Shown here: piece by piece, positions 34,681 to 38,533 of the stretch
How positions within the stretch are numbered: the stretch's first letter is position 1
Layout: the number at the start of each line of letters is the position of its first letter
Source: a virus
Reading direction: 5' to 3' (one strand)
Length of the DNA stretch: 38,533 bases
Virus record (IMG/VR): IMGVR_UViG_3300045988_077292
Coordinates: 1 to 38,533 of that record
Made by a program: the position numbers and the translations under genes
Notes under the pieces: generated by a model
Told to the model about the DNA's origin: nothing
Seen by the model: the letters and a program-made list of their open reading frames with translations, nothing else
Database searches by the model: none

Positions 34681-37600
34681 GTGTCAACAAGAGCTGAACG
34701 GGAAGAGAACATAGCGCGTGTACGAGAAGAACGGGAAGAGAACATAGCGCGTGCGCGAGGAGAAGAGTATACAGGAAGCAGCGGACAGGGAACGTCCGCT
34801 GCTTCCCGTGGTTCAAGCGGGAGCTCCGCATGGAAAAAAGGCAGCATTCCGAAAGGCTTTGTAAAGAACCCGTTGGCATTCGCTGGTGGGATAAAGCCTG
34901 TCGATACACGCCCCAGCGTGGTGTCAATGGCACGCGCACCTTTCGAGTATGCCGCACAGCAGAGGCAGAAAGAAGCAGAGATACAAGACCTCAACCAGAA
35001 GTATAAGCAAGCATACCTTGACTACAATTCCGCCCGCCGCGCCGTGACAGCCGCGAGCAAGGGCAAGAGCACAGCAAACTATGACGTGGCCAAAAGCAAG
35101 ATGACTGAGGCAAGCAAACTTGTCGACGCATACAAGAAGCGCGTGGAGGAAGCGGGCGGCGCACTGTGGACACCGACAAACTGGCTGGACACTGTGAAGT
35201 GGAGTGCACGAGCGGGACTGACAAGTGCGGACAGCGCGATAGCAAAGGGGCTTGACTGGGCAGTCGGAGGATTCGCAGATGAGCTGCGGACATTGGCCGG
35301 TGTGACGGCAAATGATATAAGCCCTGCGCTTGCCGACAGCGCGGCGAACCTTGCAACAAAAGCGGGACGTTTGATAAACCCGAACTACACCTACGGAGAA
35401 AACAACTTCCTCAAGCAATACGTAGAAGAGGGCAACCGCAGAATCAACGTGCAGCATGAAGAGATGGCGCGCGCGGCGAGCGACAGCAAGGCAGCACAGA
35501 CTGTCGGGAAGTATACCGAGATGATCATGAACTCGCTGCCAATGTCAGCAATGGCGCTGCTGTCGGGCGGCACGACGGCAGCGGCACAGGCAACAACGGA
35601 GGCACTGCAAGCTGCTTCAACGCTTGCGAACAGCAGCAGAGCGGCGCAGATAGTCACACCCATACTCAAGGCAACAACGGACATGGCAAAAGATCCAAAC
35701 TGGGGATTCACATTCATGAGCGTTGTCGGCGACAGCTACGAGAACGCGCTGGCAGATGGAGCGAGTGAGGACCAAGCGTCCCTTTATGCGATACTGAACG
35801 CGGCATACAACGCAACGACAGAGATAGGCGGCTCGGACGAAATGCTGGGCGGCTTACAGAAGCTGCCGAAGAATATCCGCGACGCGCTTGAACGCGCAGA
35901 CAACAGCGTGCTGCTGCAAATAGTAAAGGGAATCCCCTCAGAGATAGGCGAAGAAATTGTACAGGGCATAGGTGAGAGTGGACTAAAGTCTACATACAAA
36001 AATGTACCGGTATACTCTGCCACGGATGAGGGAGCAATGATAAACCCAAGCCGCATGAAAGATGAAGCCCTCGGCGCGGCGGTGGTGTCCGCTGTGCTGG
36101 GCGGCGGACAGTCAGCAATAGGAGCTGGCACGTATGCCATAGAGAACGGCATAGCACAGCGGCAGTACCGAAACAAAGTAGCCCAAACATACGGCGGCTC
36201 GGCGGCTGAACTCGTGGAGAGTGGGCTTGAGAGCGCACCGGGGACAAAGAGCCGGACGCTTGCCGAAGCCTACAAGGCAAAGCTCGACAGCGGGAAGAGC
36301 TTGACGCCGCGAGAGCTGACGAATCTCGTGAAGGCAAACGAGGAAGCAATACGCGCAGAGAGCGCGGCGGAGGCCAGCACCGTGCAGGGAACAGACGACA
36401 CGTCAGAAATGGTCACGAGCCCTGCACAGACGCAGAACGTGACGGAGGAGCGGACACCCGTGCAGACCGCCGCGAGCACGCAGACGGCAGAGAAAGCACC
36501 CACGGGGGTGTACGAGGCAAAGTATAAAGGGCAGACGGGCGACGTGGTGGCATTCGCCAGGCAAGGAGACAGCTTTGCCATGCGGATAAAGATGCCCGAT
36601 GGCACGAGGCGCGACGTAATGGAGAACCAAGTGACGCTCGACCCGGCGACGCGGGAAATGCTGGACACTGTACGCCCGTATGATTACGGCGATGAGATAC
36701 TTACATCATACCGTGCAGCAGAGAATGGGGACAACTTCAAGCTGTTCACACAGGCATTCACCACGGTTGCGGATCTGTACGGCAAGGAGACCACGGTCAC
36801 AGCGGAACAGGCATACGCCGACAGCGTGAAGAACGGCGGCGCTGCAACGGTGCTGACGAGGGAGCAGTTCAACAAGGCGTTCGACATCGGGCGGAGCAGC
36901 CGTGATGCGCGCGTGGTGAACACGGCGGCACGCCAGCGCGGGAGCGGGAACGTGTACTTCAACAAGGTTGTGGACTTCGGCGGAGAGAGATACGCCGCCG
37001 CGACGGAGGACATGGTGAGTGCAGACGAGCTGTCAGTCATCAAGACGATAGCCAAGACGGCGGGCGTGGACGTGGTGTTCTACCAGTCCGAGACGGACAT
37101 GAGCGGGAGGTACGTCGGTGCGAACGGATTTATGCGCAACGGGACAATGTACCTCGATGTGAACGCCGGAGCGACCAGGACGACGGAACAGTCCGCCGTG
37201 CTGCTGACAGCGGCACACGAGCTGACGCACTACATCAGAGAGAACAACGCCGAGGGGTACGCACAGCTCCGCGACTTCGTGACACAGAACCTGATAAAGG
37301 ACGGCGTGAACATTGAGAAGCTGGCAGAGCAGAAGATCGCGCGCGAGGACGGCACACTCTCAATGGATGAGGCGGTTGAGGAGGTCATAGCCGACAGCTG
37401 CGAGACCATGCTGGAGGATACGAAGTTCCCGGAGCTGATGGCAAAAGAAAACCCCGGTCTGTGTGAACAGATCAGGGATTGGTTGGCGGACTTCACAGAG
37501 AAGCTGCGCCGCGCATTCAGCGGAGTAAAGGCAAGGCACGAGGAAGCGCGGGCAATGCTGAACTATGCAGAGGAGCTGCACGAGCTGTGGGACAATGCTC

Positions 37601-38533
37601 TCGTTGCCGCCGTGCGCAACACCGAGGCGGTTTCCGATAACGGCACGGAGGAAAGCGGCCAGACAGGATGGGTGCGCAATTCCAGCAGGGAAAGCAGCAC
37701 AAATACAACAGGTATAAAAGAGCAGATAGAAGAGAATCGTGACAGGCTTAACAGCATGGACGTGGTAGCAGTTGCAACTGTTCCTACAGACCTAGGAAAC
37801 TTCGACGCAGTAACAGCGTGGGCGATGAAGGAATTAAAGCGCACGGGTTATGCGGTAGACAAGCCGGGATTCGGGAGAATAATATTTGATGAGCGGCAGA
37901 TACGGAACGGTGTGAAGTACGCAAAAACGCCAGCAGAGAAAGCGGCGTTTGCTGTTCTTGACAAAGTGCTGAAACGCGGCGTAGAAATAGGCGCGCACGG
38001 CAACCACAAGAACAGGGAGAAAGAAACTGTCACATTCGCAGCGCCAGTTGAGTTGAACAACATACGGGGTAATATGGCGGTTGTGGTAAACAGAAGGGGC
38101 AACACTTACTACGCGCACCGCATTGTACTTCCCGATGGAACGGAGTTTCGATTCACAGAAAAAAAGGATGCAGTACAAGGACCGAAACGGGGAGTTACCC
38201 GAACGGGCTCTCTTGCCGAATCCACAAGTACTACATCCGAGAATAATATACCACAGCCCGTCGAGGAAAGCAATACCAAATATTCCAGGCGAGAGCTGGA
38301 TGAAGATTTGCAGAAGAGGTACCCCCAGCTGAATTTGAACGAAGACATTTCGGAGCTTGACGGTGTACCAGCAATAGAACTGACAGATGGCAGCATTCTC
38401 CCAATAAAGGACAGAGAACGATATAGAACTCATGTATCATTCATAGAAGGGAATCGAATAGATGTAGATGACTTGCGCAGCGGTGGATGGATAGGTAATG
38501 GAGTGTACGATGCATCGTTCACCAGTGACACAG
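34681..38533 (+). CDS. N-terminal 1266 unique codons of the giant 2852-aa polyvalent-type virion protein (runs off the window end, continues at nt 1)
   Basis: AAGGAGG at 34667-34673 sits 7 nt before GTG 34681. I translated every codon to 38533 and found no stop. Hydrophobic segments lie near 35520-35580 and 36060-36130, and HELTH is at 37216-37230. Confidence 0.85.
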   Translation, partial: MSTRAEREENIARVREEREENIARARGEEYTGSSGQGTSAASRGSSGSSAWKKGSIPKGFVKNPLAFAGGIKPVDTRPSVVSMARAPFEYAAQQRQKEAEIQDLNQKYKQAYLDYNSARRAVTAASKGKSTANYDVAKSKMTEASKLVDAYKKRVEEAGGALWTPTNWLDTVKWSARAGLTSADSAIAKGLDWAVGGFADELRTLAGVTANDISPALADSAANLATKAGRLINPNYTYGENNFLKQYVEEGNRRINVQHEEMARAASDSKAAQTVGKYTEMIMNSLPMSAMALLSGGTTAAAQATTEALQAASTLANSSRAAQIVTPILKATTDMAKDPNWGFTFMSVVGDSYENALADGASEDQASLYAILNAAYNATTEIGGSDEMLGGLQKLPKNIRDALERADNSVLLQIVKGIPSEIGEEIVQGIGESGLKSTYKNVPVYSATDEGAMINPSRMKDEALGAAVVSAVLGGGQSAIGAGTYAIENGIAQRQYRNKVAQTYGGSAAELVESGLESAPGTKSRTLAEAYKAKLDSGKSLTPRELTNLVKANEEAIRAESAAEASTVQGTDDTSEMVTSPAQTQNVTEERTPVQTAASTQTAEKAPTGVYEAKYKGQTGDVVAFARQGDSFAMRIKMPDGTRRDVMENQVTLDPATREMLDTVRPYDYGDEILTSYRAAENGDNFKLFTQAFTTVADLYGKETTVTAEQAYADSVKNGGAATVLTREQFNKAFDIGRSSRDARVVNTAARQRGSGNVYFNKVVDFGGERYAAATEDMVSADELSVIKTIAKTAGVDVVFYQSETDMSGRYVGANGFMRNGTMYLDVNAGATRTTEQSAVLLTAAHELTHYIRENNAEGYAQLRDFVTQNLIKDGVNIEKLAEQKIAREDGTLSMDEAVEEVIADSCETMLEDTKFPELMAKENPGLCEQIRDWLADFTEKLRRAFSGVKARHEEARAMLNYAEELHELWDNALVAAVRNTEAVSDNGTEESGQTGWVRNSSRESSTNTTGIKEQIEENRDRLNSMDVVAVATVPTDLGNFDAVTAWAMKELKRTGYAVDKPGFGRIIFDERQIRNGVKYAKTPAEKAAFAVLDKVLKRGVEIGAHGNHKNREKETVTFAAPVELNNIRGNMAVVVNRRGNTYYAHRIVLPDGTEFRFTEKKDAVQGPKRGVTRTGSLAESTSTTSENNIPQPVEESNTKYSRRELDEDLQKRYPQLNLNEDISELDGVPAIELTDGSILPIKDRERYRTHVSFIEGNRIDVDDLRSGGWIGNGVYDASFTSDT
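34696..34761 (+). repeat. 2 x 33-bp tandem duplication inside the giant gene (EREENIARVRE / EREENIARARG)
   Basis: gaacgggaagagaacatagcgcgtg is repeated in phase, with 25 of 33 leading nt identical. Confidence 0.9.
38479..38533. repeat. Terminal overlap copy 2 (identical to 1-55)
   Basis: Exact 55-nt identity with the window start, read directly. Confidence 0.95.

Overview
The window is one complete temperate dsDNA phage (or excised prophage) genome. It was assembled as a circle: nt 1-55 recur exactly at 38479-38533, so the unique length is 38478 bp. Nearly all real genes are on the + strand and have AGGAGG-type RBSs. The many long minus-strand ORFs under them are antisense shadows of GC-rich coding sequence.

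Genome order:
- Late promoter, then TerS, TerL, portal, a Prp-like cysteine protease and a 346-aa protein.
- A giant 2852-aa ORF that runs off the right end and continues at nt 1 (34681-38533 plus 1-4761).
- Terminator and second late promoter, then scaffold, major capsid and two small head proteins.
- A short tail module with a collagen-like fibre. I recognise no tape measure, tube or sheath gene, so the layout looks podovirus-like.
- Endolysin and two holins, then a small sigma-region-4-like HTH protein.
- A five-gene low-complexity accessory cluster (15.2-17.8 kb).
- On the minus strand, a large serine integrase translationally coupled to a membrane-anchored XRE protein.
- A small terminated transcription unit, two tandem paralogous XRE repressors with back-to-back switch promoters, and an AT-rich membrane-protein moron.
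- A mosaic early region with duplicated leader cassettes, then VRR-NUC, MazG, a DUF551-like protein, a double-HTH protein and an HUH (rolling-circle type) Rep-like protein.

I saw no rRNA, tRNA or CRISPR array.

Most noteworthy observations:
1. The giant junction-spanning polyvalent-type virion protein with an HExxH module.
2. A phage-encoded Prp-like protease, with an L27-like WLQYF/AD motif at the N-termini of both scaffold and capsid proteins.
3. A perfect 31-bp inverted repeat lying inside two adjacent early genes.
4. A 24-bp box plus extended -10, duplicated with identical spacing ahead of the packaging and capsid operons.
5. Triplicated start-associated leader cassettes, with convergent HTH / 4-Cys gene pairs.
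6. The Cys/Gly/Gln/Met/Tyr-rich five-gene cluster between the lysis genes and the integrase.

All calls come from reading the sequence and ORF translations by eye. No database search was run, so family assignments rest on remembered motifs.
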